From contig JAQGDQ010001030.1 in the NCBI GenBank assembly GCA_030141605.1, positions 1-64,000 on the forward strand: 64,000 nucleotides of DNA, in the 5' to 3' direction. The notes under the pieces were generated by a model that did not search any database, was not told where the DNA came from, and saw nothing but the letters and a program-made list of their open reading frames with translations. The position numbers and the translations under genes are program-made. Every line of letters starts with the position of its first letter. Positions within the stretch are counted from its first letter, which is position 1. Below, one piece after another: positions 9,517-18,524 of this stretch. The DNA is from Tubiluchus corallicola. Taxonomy: Eukaryota > Animalia > Priapulida.

Positions 9517-10866
9517 ATGAAACTTTTTAGAAAGCTTCTTAACTTATTTAAGATAGATACTTCCGTATCTATCTTAATGTTAAACAGAATCTGGGCAATA
9601 CCAAGATATTCAATAACCCTGCTTCTTATTCAAAAATACTTATCGTTAGAAGAGCAGGGATTTTACTATACATTTTACAGCGTTCTTGCACTATCTATTT
9701 TTTTAGAATTGGGAATATCAAATGTGGTGCTACAGTTTGTCAGCCACGAAATGGCGCATTTGAAATGGAAGGGAAAGGTTATTGTTGGAGACAGCAAATC
9801 GAAATCACGCCTGGCCTCTATTTTTAAACTCACTATAAAATGGTATGCATTAATAACTGTACTTGGAATTGTTGGGATCACCTCTTTGGGATACATATTT
9901 TTCAATAGCACAAGCAATAGCCAAAATGTAGAATGGAAGGGGGCGTGGTTATTTTTTGCTATTGCTGCTTCCTCTAATATATGGTCAAATTCACTACTTG
10001 GATTTTACTCGGGCTGCAACAAAATAACGGAAGTAGTCAAAGTGAGGTTTTTAGCTAATACATTTTCCTCTATTTCCCAATGGACTGTTTTGCTATTAGG
10101 CTTTAAGCTCTACGCAATATCTTTTACAGCATTAGTCCAGCTTGTCATCTTTTCCCTGTTTATTTTAAGGAATTTTAAGACCTCTTCCATTGACCTTCTA
10201 AAATACCCTATTGAGCATGATGTGAGCTGGAAACGTGAAGTATGGCCTTTGCAATGGAAGATTGCATTAAGCTGGATGAGCGGCTACTTCATTTTTCAAT
10301 TATTTAACCCGCTTCTGCTAAAATATGATAGCGCAGAATCAGCCGGGAAAATGGGACTTACTTTAATGGCACTGCTTATCATTAGTGATTTTGCACTTTC
10401 ATGGATTAATGCAAAGGTACCGTTTATCGGACAACTGGTATCATTAAAAAAATGGGATGAACTAAACAAAGTCTTCTCATCTTTAGTAATAAAAGTCTTT
10501 ATAACATCCGTTTTAGGGTGTCTCACTTTTTATGTCGCTGTCTACTTTTTATTAAACCTCTTTCCAGAATTCAGCGAACGATTTCTAAGCCTGCAACAAA
10601 TAGTTATGCTGTCTCTCTCTATTGTCATCATTAACCCGCTACTGGCCTGCTGGGCAATATATTTGAGGGCTCACAAAAAAGAGCCATATTTGTGGACATC
10701 AATATTGTTTGGCTTACTAAATGCGATAATTTGTTTCTATTTAGTTAAGCTGTACGGTACCTGGGGGATTATCACAACACACCTGGCATTGAATATTATT
10801 ATTAGTTTAGTTATTGGGCGAATCATCTTTGTACGAAAAAGAAACTTATGGCACTCAACAACATAG
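9517..10866 (+). CDS. Wzx-like polysaccharide flippase
   Basis: About 12 hydrophobic segments; EQGFYYTF..L..FLELG and WKIALSWMSGYFIFQLF typical of O-antigen/CPS flippases. Confidence 0.8.
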   Translation: MKLFRKLLNLFKIDTSVSILMLNRIWAIPRYSITLLLIQKYLSLEEQGFYYTFYSVLALSIFLELGISNVVLQFVSHEMAHLKWKGKVIVGDSKSKSRLASIFKLTIKWYALITVLGIVGITSLGYIFFNSTSNSQNVEWKGAWLFFAIAASSNIWSNSLLGFYSGCNKITEVVKVRFLANTFSSISQWTVLLLGFKLYAISFTALVQLVIFSLFILRNFKTSSIDLLKYPIEHDVSWKREVWPLQWKIALSWMSGYFIFQLFNPLLLKYDSAESAGKMGLTLMALLIISDFALSWINAKVPFIGQLVSLKKWDELNKVFSSLVIKVFITSVLGCLTFYVAVYFLLNLFPEFSERFLSLQQIVMLSLSIVIINPLLACWAIYLRAHKKEPYLWTSILFGLLNAIICFYLVKLYGTWGIITTHLALNIIISLVIGRIIFVRKRNLWHSTT

Positions 10867-11915
10867 ATTCACAGGCACTATTTGGGAAAGAGTCTGATGA
10901 AATCGTTCTCACTATAGCTATCCCGTCTTACAACAGGAACGCTTTTTTATTAAAAACTCTAGAGCAGTTAGCACCACAGCTAAACAATAAGTGTGAGCTG
11001 CTTATTGTAGACAACTCCTCTACAACTCCAGTCTACGAATCATTGAAGCAAAAGAACTATTTTGACAATATAAACCACGTGTACGTTTACAGAAACTTTG
11101 AAAATATTGGTGGGAGCGCCAACTTTTTAAGGTGCGTAGAGTACTCCAGGGGAAAATGGATTTGGTTGTTGGGCGATGATGATAATGTAAAGCCAGATGC
11201 TATTTCCACGATTTTTGAAAGCATTGAAGAGCATGGGAACGCTATAAATATCAGTTTTGACTATAACTGTCTTGAACGCTCGGAGAGTAAAGTGGCAAGA
11301 GGATTCCAGGAATACCTGGACAAGATGGATATGTTTGGCAAGTCACTATACATATCTATGAATATTTTTCGACGAGATGCGATAAGAAAGTATATAAGCC
11401 ATGGCTACAACTACGCATATACCAAGGCGCCGCATCTGGCATTGCTGTACGTTGCACTGCTTAATCAGGATGAACCAATAGTTGTTGTGTCTGATAAGCA
11501 GATAGCCCAATGGGAAGAGACAAGCATTGAAGAAAAGTGGAACTACGGCTATGTTGGCTCGCATATGATATCGCTAATGGAGATTGACTCCCTATCTGTT
11601 GCACAGCGTAAAAAACTGGCGAGGTTTATAGACAAAGACTATGCCCTAAACTACAGGCGTTGGCTCCCAGGCATGCTTGCGTATGCAAAAGACAAAACAG
11701 AAAGGGGTAAAACACTATTTTATTGCCACCGGCTTCTATTTTATAACTCAAAATACCGCTTCTCTATTCTAAGGAAACTATTTCACTACCTGGTTTACAT
11801 ATCCTTGTATTTTGCAAAAATACCGTGTTTCTTTTTGAACATGTATTTGCGAACCTACGACTCCAAAATAAAACTGGAGAAAGAGTATTTCCCTCCATTC
11901 CAGAACCGCCTTTAA
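10848..11915 (+). CDS. Glycosyltransferase family 2
   Basis: LTIAIPSYNR, IVDNSS, NIGGSANF, WLLGDDD (DxD); overlaps the wzx stop. Confidence 0.9.
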   Translation: MALNNIDSQALFGKESDEIVLTIAIPSYNRNAFLLKTLEQLAPQLNNKCELLIVDNSSTTPVYESLKQKNYFDNINHVYVYRNFENIGGSANFLRCVEYSRGKWIWLLGDDDNVKPDAISTIFESIEEHGNAINISFDYNCLERSESKVARGFQEYLDKMDMFGKSLYISMNIFRRDAIRKYISHGYNYAYTKAPHLALLYVALLNQDEPIVVVSDKQIAQWEETSIEEKWNYGYVGSHMISLMEIDSLSVAQRKKLARFIDKDYALNYRRWLPGMLAYAKDKTERGKTLFYCHRLLFYNSKYRFSILRKLFHYLVYISLYFAKIPCFFLNMYLRTYDSKIKLEKEYFPPFQNRL

Positions 11916-11950
11916 ACCCGGCCTGTGAAAAGAGAAAGGCAAACACATCC

Positions 11951-12580
11951 TTAGAAAAAATACTCCTCAAGCATTAAACACAAAGTGTGATATATCGGGA
12001 GATGCAGCTCCTGGATATAAGGGGTGTCGCTTTGAGGAACGCAGATGGTAACATCACATACACTTTTAAACCTGCCGCCATCAGCGCCTGTCATACCTAT
12101 AACTTTTAGCCCTTTTAGCTTTGCCACCTGCATCGCTCTTATGACATTATCGGCATTTCCTGATGTGCTCAGCCCTATAAGCACATCGCCTGAACGACCA
12201 AGGCCATTAACCTGCTGTGCAAAAACAAGGTCTGCCGCAACATCATTTGAAAAAGCGGTGCCTAGAGCTGTATGTGAAGATAGCGAGATTGCGGGCAGAG
12301 CTCCCTGCAGCCTCTCCGATATGTACCTGCCTTCCTCTCCAAATGCTTCCCTGTAACTGTTTTTTTCACCATCAGATAGAGAGCGGTGCTTTTTGAACCC
12401 TTTCATCAATTCAGCTACAATATGCTCACTGTCGGAAGCACTACCCCCATTTCCACAAACCAACACCTTCCCCCCGTTTTTATATGACTGCCTAAGACAC
12501 TCATACGCTTCCATAATATCATTTTTGCAGGTTTTTAGCTCGAGGTATCTTTCAAGCAGAGTTGAAACAGCTTTTTTCAT
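11951..12580 (-). CDS. gmhA: SIS-domain phosphoheptose isomerase-like protein
   Basis: CGNGGSASDSEH, STSGNA, IQELHLPIYH. Confidence 0.8.
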   Translation of the reverse strand: MKKAVSTLLERYLELKTCKNDIMEAYECLRQSYKNGGKVLVCGNGGSASDSEHIVAELMKGFKKHRSLSDGEKNSYREAFGEEGRYISERLQGALPAISLSSHTALGTAFSNDVAADLVFAQQVNGLGRSGDVLIGLSTSGNADNVIRAMQVAKLKGLKVIGMTGADGGRFKSVCDVTICVPQSDTPYIQELHLPIYHTLCLMLEEYFF

Positions 12581-12644
12581 ATCAAGGTGTAAGAGTAAAT
12601 AAATATGGTCACTTCAAAAACTATTAGGGGATAACCTGGAAAGC

Positions 12645-13547
12645 TTACAGTTGAGCATTTTCAATCATTGATCGAAATATTTTGCGCTGCTCTATCATAG
12701 CTTTCACTTTATCTTCAGGATTTGTGCGACATTCTAGTAATATCCAGCCATTGTAGTCGATGTTAACGAGCAGGTTCATAAGATGCTGATAGGGGTAACT
12801 CCCAACATTGAGCTCTCTCACATGAACTATATCACTAAGACGGTTTTTTACAAGATTGAAGTTATACTCCAAGCCGTTGCCAATCAGATCCTCTTTGTTA
12901 CTATTCCAGCATACACCTACAGATGGCTGGTCAACGTAGTCCATTATTGCCTTAATATTTGGTAGTTCCTGGGTCTCCCTACCATGTACTTCAAGGCGCA
13001 CTTTCTGCTTATACTTTGCAGCATATCTGCCCACTTCATTTAATGACCTGCCAATTTGTTCAATAGTCTTCTCTTTGGGCACACCCTTAACAAAGGCATT
13101 GGGCTTTACCTTAACCCCCGATCCGCCAACATCATGACTTAAACGGATATACTGCTTTGTCCTCTCTATCTTTTCCCGCAACCTTTCAGGACTATCAGTG
13201 TGGTAATCTTCGTTTGTCCCAAGCCCAACTATTTCAACTGAGCTGTCCTCAAACATCTTTTTTACTTCATTAACCCTGGCATCTGAAATGCCAAGATCAA
13301 CGCCGTGTGCGTGCTGTGTACGAAGCTCAACACCCCAGATACCGGCAGCAGCACAATTCTTTATAAGCGCTGGCACATCCCACTCTTTACCCCACAAGTA
13401 GGTAACAAGCCCAAGTTTCATTTTTGAACCCGGCTTAGAACAACATGATGAAAACATCATGGAGGGAAGGAGGCATAAACCTCCGGTTGCCAGTGAAATC
13501 TCCTTCATAAACCTCCTTCTTGAGGCACTCTTTTGATATTTTTCCAT
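12645..13547 (-). CDS. Tat-exported sugar phosphate isomerase/epimerase (AP endonuclease 2 TIM barrel)
   Basis: SRRRFMK twin-arginine signal; GVELR, RLEVHG, VHVRE, WILLE metal-ligand pattern. Confidence 0.75.
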   Translation of the reverse strand: MEKYQKSASRRRFMKEISLATGGLCLLPSMMFSSCCSKPGSKMKLGLVTYLWGKEWDVPALIKNCAAAGIWGVELRTQHAHGVDLGISDARVNEVKKMFEDSSVEIVGLGTNEDYHTDSPERLREKIERTKQYIRLSHDVGGSGVKVKPNAFVKGVPKEKTIEQIGRSLNEVGRYAAKYKQKVRLEVHGRETQELPNIKAIMDYVDQPSVGVCWNSNKEDLIGNGLEYNFNLVKNRLSDIVHVRELNVGSYPYQHLMNLLVNIDYNGWILLECRTNPEDKVKAMIEQRKIFRSMIENAQL

Positions 13548-13883
13548 ACTTATATTTTTAATTAAAGTCAGCCATAAATAACCCTCTCACTTATCGTAAA
13601 AGCAGATAAATATTTTGTGTGTAATATACTAAAATCAACCCTGAGGTCAAATGTGTTTTTGCCCAAATTTCATATTATCAGTAGACTTTACTCTACTCTC
13701 TATTGGCTCACCTTCAATAATATTCCGGACTAAGCTGGTTGCTGCCAGTTCAGCGCTTACCTGCATCAATAGATCCTGCTACTCTGCAATATTCCCAAAA
13801 AAGCTATCAGTAACCAAAGAAAAACTTCAGGCGGAGTTTATTCTACACTCTTATTCTTATCAACAATTCGCTATTTTTGTAAT

Positions 13884-14903
13884 ATGAAGCATTCATTAGT
13901 AATATTGCATGAAAGCAGGGAGATCTTTTCCAGTGATGGACATTGGCTCTACCCCCTTTTTGAGCTGGAAGATTTTCTGAACAGAAATAACTATAATCCT
14001 AAAACTCTATTTTTGCGGGATAAGATTGCAGGAAGAGCTGCTGCCTGCCTTATAGTACGGTTAGGAATTAAGAACTGCCATATTAACCTATTGAGCGATC
14101 GTGCAATACCTATCTTTAAGAAGCATAATGTAGCTTTTACCTTCGATAGCAAAGTAGATCATGTGCAGTGCCGCACAGAAGATTTGATTTCAGAGCAGAT
14201 GGATATAGAGGAGGCCTATCTATTTTTGAGGAAAAGGGCAGGTAGGGTACAGGGAGTACCCCTAAAAATAGATAACCTAAGTGTTGACCTAGGGAAGAAG
14301 AGTATTCTGAACAGGCTGAACGTAAAAGTTGGAGTAGGGGAGCAGCTAATTATACATGGCGCAAACGGCACCGGGAAAACGACACTGTTAAGAAGTATAT
14401 TAGGATTCACACCACTTACAGGGGGAAGTATAACGATTGGTGGACATACGGTGGGAAGCAGTAGCTGGAAACAGAATCGTAGCATTGCCGGCTATGTGCA
14501 TCAGGAAAATGTAAAAAGCCAATTTCCTGTCTCTGCGGGCGAAGTAGTATCAATAGGCCTTAGCGGGAGCAGGCTGAGCAAATGGGAAACAGATTATCGT
14601 GTTGAAGTGGCTATGAGAAGGACAGGGTGCTTTCACCTACTAAGCCATTCCTTTCATAGCCTTTCAGGCGGAGAGAAGCAGCGTGTGTCTCTTGCCCGTT
14701 GCCTATTGCAAAATGCACGTATTTTTCTTTTTGATGAGCCCACATCATTTCTGGATTTGGATGGAAAAATGGCTCTCTTGGAGCTGCTTACCGAGCTTAC
14801 CCAAAAGGAGGCGCCGACAATGCTGCTGGTGTCTCATGAGACCTCATGGCTTGAGGGCCTTGGCTGGAAAAGCAAAGAGCTTAAGGAAGGTAGGCTATGT
14901 TAG
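13884..14903 (+). CDS. DUF1893-like domain fused to a ZnuC-like metal ABC transporter ATPase
   Basis: N-terminal WLYPLFEL...RDKIAGRAAA...LLSDRA...QCRTE. C-terminal GANGTGKTT Walker A, LSGGEKQR, FLFDEPT, LVSH. Confidence 0.8.
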   Translation: MKHSLVILHESREIFSSDGHWLYPLFELEDFLNRNNYNPKTLFLRDKIAGRAAACLIVRLGIKNCHINLLSDRAIPIFKKHNVAFTFDSKVDHVQCRTEDLISEQMDIEEAYLFLRKRAGRVQGVPLKIDNLSVDLGKKSILNRLNVKVGVGEQLIIHGANGTGKTTLLRSILGFTPLTGGSITIGGHTVGSSSWKQNRSIAGYVHQENVKSQFPVSAGEVVSIGLSGSRLSKWETDYRVEVAMRRTGCFHLLSHSFHSLSGGEKQRVSLARCLLQNARIFLFDEPTSFLDLDGKMALLELLTELTQKEAPTMLLVSHETSWLEGLGWKSKELKEGRLC

Positions 14904-15694
14904 AATTGCTATCATACCCGCCTATTATAAAAGGGTTGCTGGTGCTGGCTATTGCTGGATTTGCATTCCCTATTACCGGTGTATATCTTCTACGGATGAA
15001 CCTGTTGCCGCTTCGCTTTATGCTTATGCATGGGGCTATTCTGGGTGGTGCCTTTGCACTGGCTATGCACTTTAGCCCATTTTGGACAACAATGATCGTA
15101 AACCTTTTGCTGGTCCTCTTTATGGCTCAGGCTTCACGCTCCATGAAAGTGGATACAGGGCAAATGAGCATTTTTATCATGGTTATATCCATATCTATGG
15201 CGTTTATATTCATATACAGGTTTAATGTACCTGCACAGGATACGCTTACCCTGCTTTGGGGAAGCCCTTTTACACTTTCATGGATAGAGGTTTGCGGAAT
15301 CATCCTGTTTTCACTTTTTCTTATCGGGTTCCAGTGGTTCTTCAGACAACAGTTGCAGGCTATATTTTTCGACAAAGAGATAGCTTTATCTTCAGGGGTG
15401 AATGAAGGAAGACTTTACTATAGTATTACTCTGTTAACTGCTGTTACTGTAGCCGCAGCAATGAAGATGATAGGTGCGCTTCTCCTTGATGCATTACTGC
15501 TACTACCTGCTATAATAGCATCATTTCACTCCAAAAGCCTTAAAGGTGTGATCCTAGGAGCATGCTTGTGGGGTGGAGTCTTTTCAATAGCCGGTTTCTT
15601 TATATCCCTAGCTGTCGATATACCGGTAAGCTCTGCTATAGCCTCACTGGCATCACTTGTATTCCTTGCTATATATATAAGACAAAAAACATAG
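14897..15694 (+). CDS. Metal (Zn/Mn/Fe) ABC transporter permease, ZnuB/ABC-3 family
   Basis: Hydrophobic; MHGAILG, LLWGS, FDKEIALSSGV, MKMIGALL..ALLLLPA; overlaps the ATPase stop. Confidence 0.88.
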   Translation: MLELLSYPPIIKGLLVLAIAGFAFPITGVYLLRMNLLPLRFMLMHGAILGGAFALAMHFSPFWTTMIVNLLLVLFMAQASRSMKVDTGQMSIFIMVISISMAFIFIYRFNVPAQDTLTLLWGSPFTLSWIEVCGIILFSLFLIGFQWFFRQQLQAIFFDKEIALSSGVNEGRLYYSITLLTAVTVAAAMKMIGALLLDALLLLPAIIASFHSKSLKGVILGACLWGGVFSIAGFFISLAVDIPVSSAIASLASLVFLAIYIRQKT

Positions 15695-15727
15695 TGGAAA
15701 TAACCTTAAGTCTTGAAGTTGACGCCT

Positions 15728-16792
15728 CTATCTCCCCTTTGTCAGATACACTGTTCCCTTGTTTTTCCCAATTGAATATATTACATGTTCTGACTTCATA
15801 TGCTGTAAGTCTTTTTTTAGGGTGTTAATTGAAACATCAGGCATCATATGTATTAAATCTGCAAGCTTTGTTGGTTGCTCTTGTTCAATAATTGCACGTA
15901 CTTTTTTTTGTCGATCATTTAAATACCCTGTTTTCGGCCTACTGCTTATATTACACTTTCGTTCAAGATTTAAGGTTAATGTTTTTAAAGATTCCAAAAA
16001 GAAGAAAATCCACTTATCTATTCGTTCAGAATATGAGTACCTGTCTTTTTGTCCAGCCATTAAAGATTCATAATATTTCGTTTTATTCTCTTCAATTAAG
16101 CTCTCAAAGGATACATACTGGATGAAGCTATAATCATATTTTAATAATAAAAGAAGTGTCAGTAACCTTGAAAGCCTCCCATTTCCATCCTGAAATGGAT
16201 GAATTGAGAGAAACTCATAAGTAAATACACTGGTAACCAATAATGGATGCATTTCTCCTGACTCTAGCTGATAGTTGATCCAGTCAATCAAATCTGACGT
16301 TTCATTTCCAATAAAGTGTGGTGCCGTGCTATTTAATGCTACCTTTTGACCTCCGCCAGGATAGTTTGCTATAACCCTGCTTGAAAAGCCCTTATCATCC
16401 TTACGATACCCATTATTTTTTGTATTATATTTAAAAATTTGTTCGTGAATCTGTTGAATTGAACTTTTGGATAATTCGATATCTAGATAATTTTCACAGA
16501 TTCTTTTAAATGCATCATAGTAGCCTAATGCTTCTTGTTGATCTTTTATTTTCAGACTATTAGCATCCACGTTATGGATCAACTCTTTAATTTCATCTAT
16601 TGGAAGTCTGGTGTCAATAGATGAACTAACAGACTTAAATGTTATAGCTTTTTGTAGCTCCTTAAGGTAGACACTCTCTTTTTGTTCGATGACATTCCAC
16701 TTTCCTTTAAAAGAGTCAATAAAACTAATAGCCTTAATCATTCGCTGGTTAGTCTTAAAGTCAAAGCTTAGTTTATTTTTAAATTTATCCAT
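15728..16792 (-). CDS. Fic family protein with C-terminal winged HTH
   Basis: HPFQDGNGRLSR Fic motif; C-terminal SINTLKKDLQHM...GKNKGTVY wHTH; TATCTTTG promoter at 16816-16823 (-). Confidence 0.92.
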   Translation of the reverse strand: MDKFKNKLSFDFKTNQRMIKAISFIDSFKGKWNVIEQKESVYLKELQKAITFKSVSSSIDTRLPIDEIKELIHNVDANSLKIKDQQEALGYYDAFKRICENYLDIELSKSSIQQIHEQIFKYNTKNNGYRKDDKGFSSRVIANYPGGGQKVALNSTAPHFIGNETSDLIDWINYQLESGEMHPLLVTSVFTYEFLSIHPFQDGNGRLSRLLTLLLLLKYDYSFIQYVSFESLIEENKTKYYESLMAGQKDRYSYSERIDKWIFFFLESLKTLTLNLERKCNISSRPKTGYLNDRQKKVRAIIEQEQPTKLADLIHMMPDVSINTLKKDLQHMKSEHVIYSIGKNKGTVYLTKGR

Positions 16793-17003
16793 TCTGTATC
16801 TATTTTCTATCTATTCAAAGATACGATTTTTTTTGTTAAATATCCATATTATATCTATACTTACTTGTTCAATAGTGTTGTTTTATCATCTTCTTAGTAT
16901 GTCCAAGTGTATAATTATCATATATTTACATGCTTATTTTGACATTAAATTTATCTTATGTTTAGTTACTATAGGCATTAAATAAAATTTATATAGGACA
17001 GGT

Positions 17004-17538
17004 ATGAAGGTGAAGATTCAACATAAATTCAGAAATTTTAAGAATAAAAAAGATATCCAATTTTTGATTCTCGGAACATTTAATCCTGAGACACCAGGCA
17101 ATAATGCTAAATTCTTCTATGGTAGGGAGAAGAATTATTTATGGAACCTCTTGCCGAAATCATTTGATTATGATGAGCTAAAGAGGTGCAGTTTAAAAGA
17201 TAAACTGTTGTTTACAAACAAATTTAAGATTGGATTTGCAGACATTATCAGAGAGGTAGCAGTTGATAGCGGCAATGAGACAAACTATGCAGATAGTTAT
17301 ATTGACAGCAGAGTGACAAGGTGGCTCGATTTTGAATTGTTTGTAAATAGACACCAAAAAATTAAAAAAGTATTTTTGACAAGAAAAACATTTACTGATA
17401 TCCCAAATATGAGAGATCAGATTGAAAAGATTAAGAATATCTGTGAAGCAAGGAAAATTGGTTTTTACACTTTACCAACTCCTTCCCGGTTCGAGTCAAG
17501 CTAAACTAAGTGAGTGGAAGAAGGTGATCAGATGGTAG
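17004..17538 (+). CDS. Uracil-DNA glycosylase superfamily protein, apparently frameshifted near the 3' end
   Basis: LILGTFNP, FFYG...NYLW, IGFADII, LPTPSR. In-frame stop at 17502-17504, but another frame continues QAKLSEWKKVIRW* to 17538. Confidence 0.6.
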
Positions 17539-17648
17539 CCGATTTGTGGTTTTGGGCAGGAGTGTAGTTTTTCAGTATAATTAAAGACTAGTAGCGTAGT
17601 AGGTCTTAGTAGAATATATATCATTTGTTCTAATAAACTTAATTTAAA

Positions 17649-18299
17649 ATGTCAAAAATTTTTATCCCATATATTGAGATAGCCAACACCGACCATGCAG
17701 CCTCTGTCAGGAAAAGTGTTTTCAGAAATGGATATAAAGTTGAGATAGATCGGGTAAACTGGCAAAAATTTTCTCACAAACCAAAAACAAGCCTGTTTTT
17801 GGGATATACAAAGGAATATCTATGGTTACACTACATAGTGAAAAACGATTTTGTGCGGGCTTTATACCGAAAAGATCAGGATGCAGTGTGGCAGGATAGC
17901 TGTGTTGAGTTTTTCGCTATGGGCAAAGACAAGAGGTATCGGAATTTTGAATTTAACTGTTTGGGGGTGTGTTTGTCAGAAACAGGTGCAAACAGAAAGT
18001 CAAGAGCTCCTCTCGCTAAAAGTGAGATGTTACAGATTATCCGTTACCCTGAACTTACATCCGGTACTTTGCCAGAAGAAGAGTCAAGGTCGGACTGGCA
18101 GTTGACAGTGGGTATTCCTTTAGAACTATTGAAGGTAGAGGAAGGCATGAGTTTTAAGGGTAACTTTTATAAGTGCGGTGATAAGACAAAAATACCACAT
18201 TACCTTAGCTGGTCACCTGTAAATACTGTGGAGCCGGACTTTCACAGACCTGAGTATTTTGGTAGAATTACTTTAGAAAAGAGAAACCAGCAGCAATAA
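17649..18299 (+). CDS. Carbohydrate-binding family 9-like (DOMON) protein
   Basis: VWQDSCVEFF, YRNFEFNCLG, GNFYKCGD, PDFHRPEYFG. Confidence 0.85.
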   Translation: MSKIFIPYIEIANTDHAASVRKSVFRNGYKVEIDRVNWQKFSHKPKTSLFLGYTKEYLWLHYIVKNDFVRALYRKDQDAVWQDSCVEFFAMGKDKRYRNFEFNCLGVCLSETGANRKSRAPLAKSEMLQIIRYPELTSGTLPEEESRSDWQLTVGIPLELLKVEEGMSFKGNFYKCGDKTKIPHYLSWSPVNTVEPDFHRPEYFGRITLEKRNQQQ

Positions 18300-18524
18300 T
18301 AAGCTTATAATTAGTAAATATAAAACAGTATAAGGTGAAGAAATATTGCAACAAGACCCTTTGTGAAGCGGAATATTTGGGTTTAGATTGAGAAAGGATT
18401 CCATGAAAAACCGCATAATGTAGGTAAAGGTTTCATGAAAATACTAATAAAAATACGAGTTTCATAAACACCTCATAGTGTGGTAGTTTGCTTGTTGCAT
18501 ATAAACTATAAATAAAAAAGAGGC

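Noticed and set aside
13651-13887. 78-aa + strand ORF and a possible gene fragment on the - strand upstream of the ABC ATPase
   Set aside because: No recognisable motif; not a solute-binding protein by inspection; the - strand frame contains a stop.
16938-16967. dif-like sequence TTTGACATTAA-ATTTATC-TTATGTTTAGT between the Fic and UDG-like genes
   Set aside because: The spacer is 7 bp rather than 6 and both arms deviate; easily a chance match in very AT-rich DNA.
17485-17500. GGTTCGAGTC resembling a tRNA T-loop
   Set aside because: Inside a CDS, the flanks do not form a T-stem and there is no cloverleaf.
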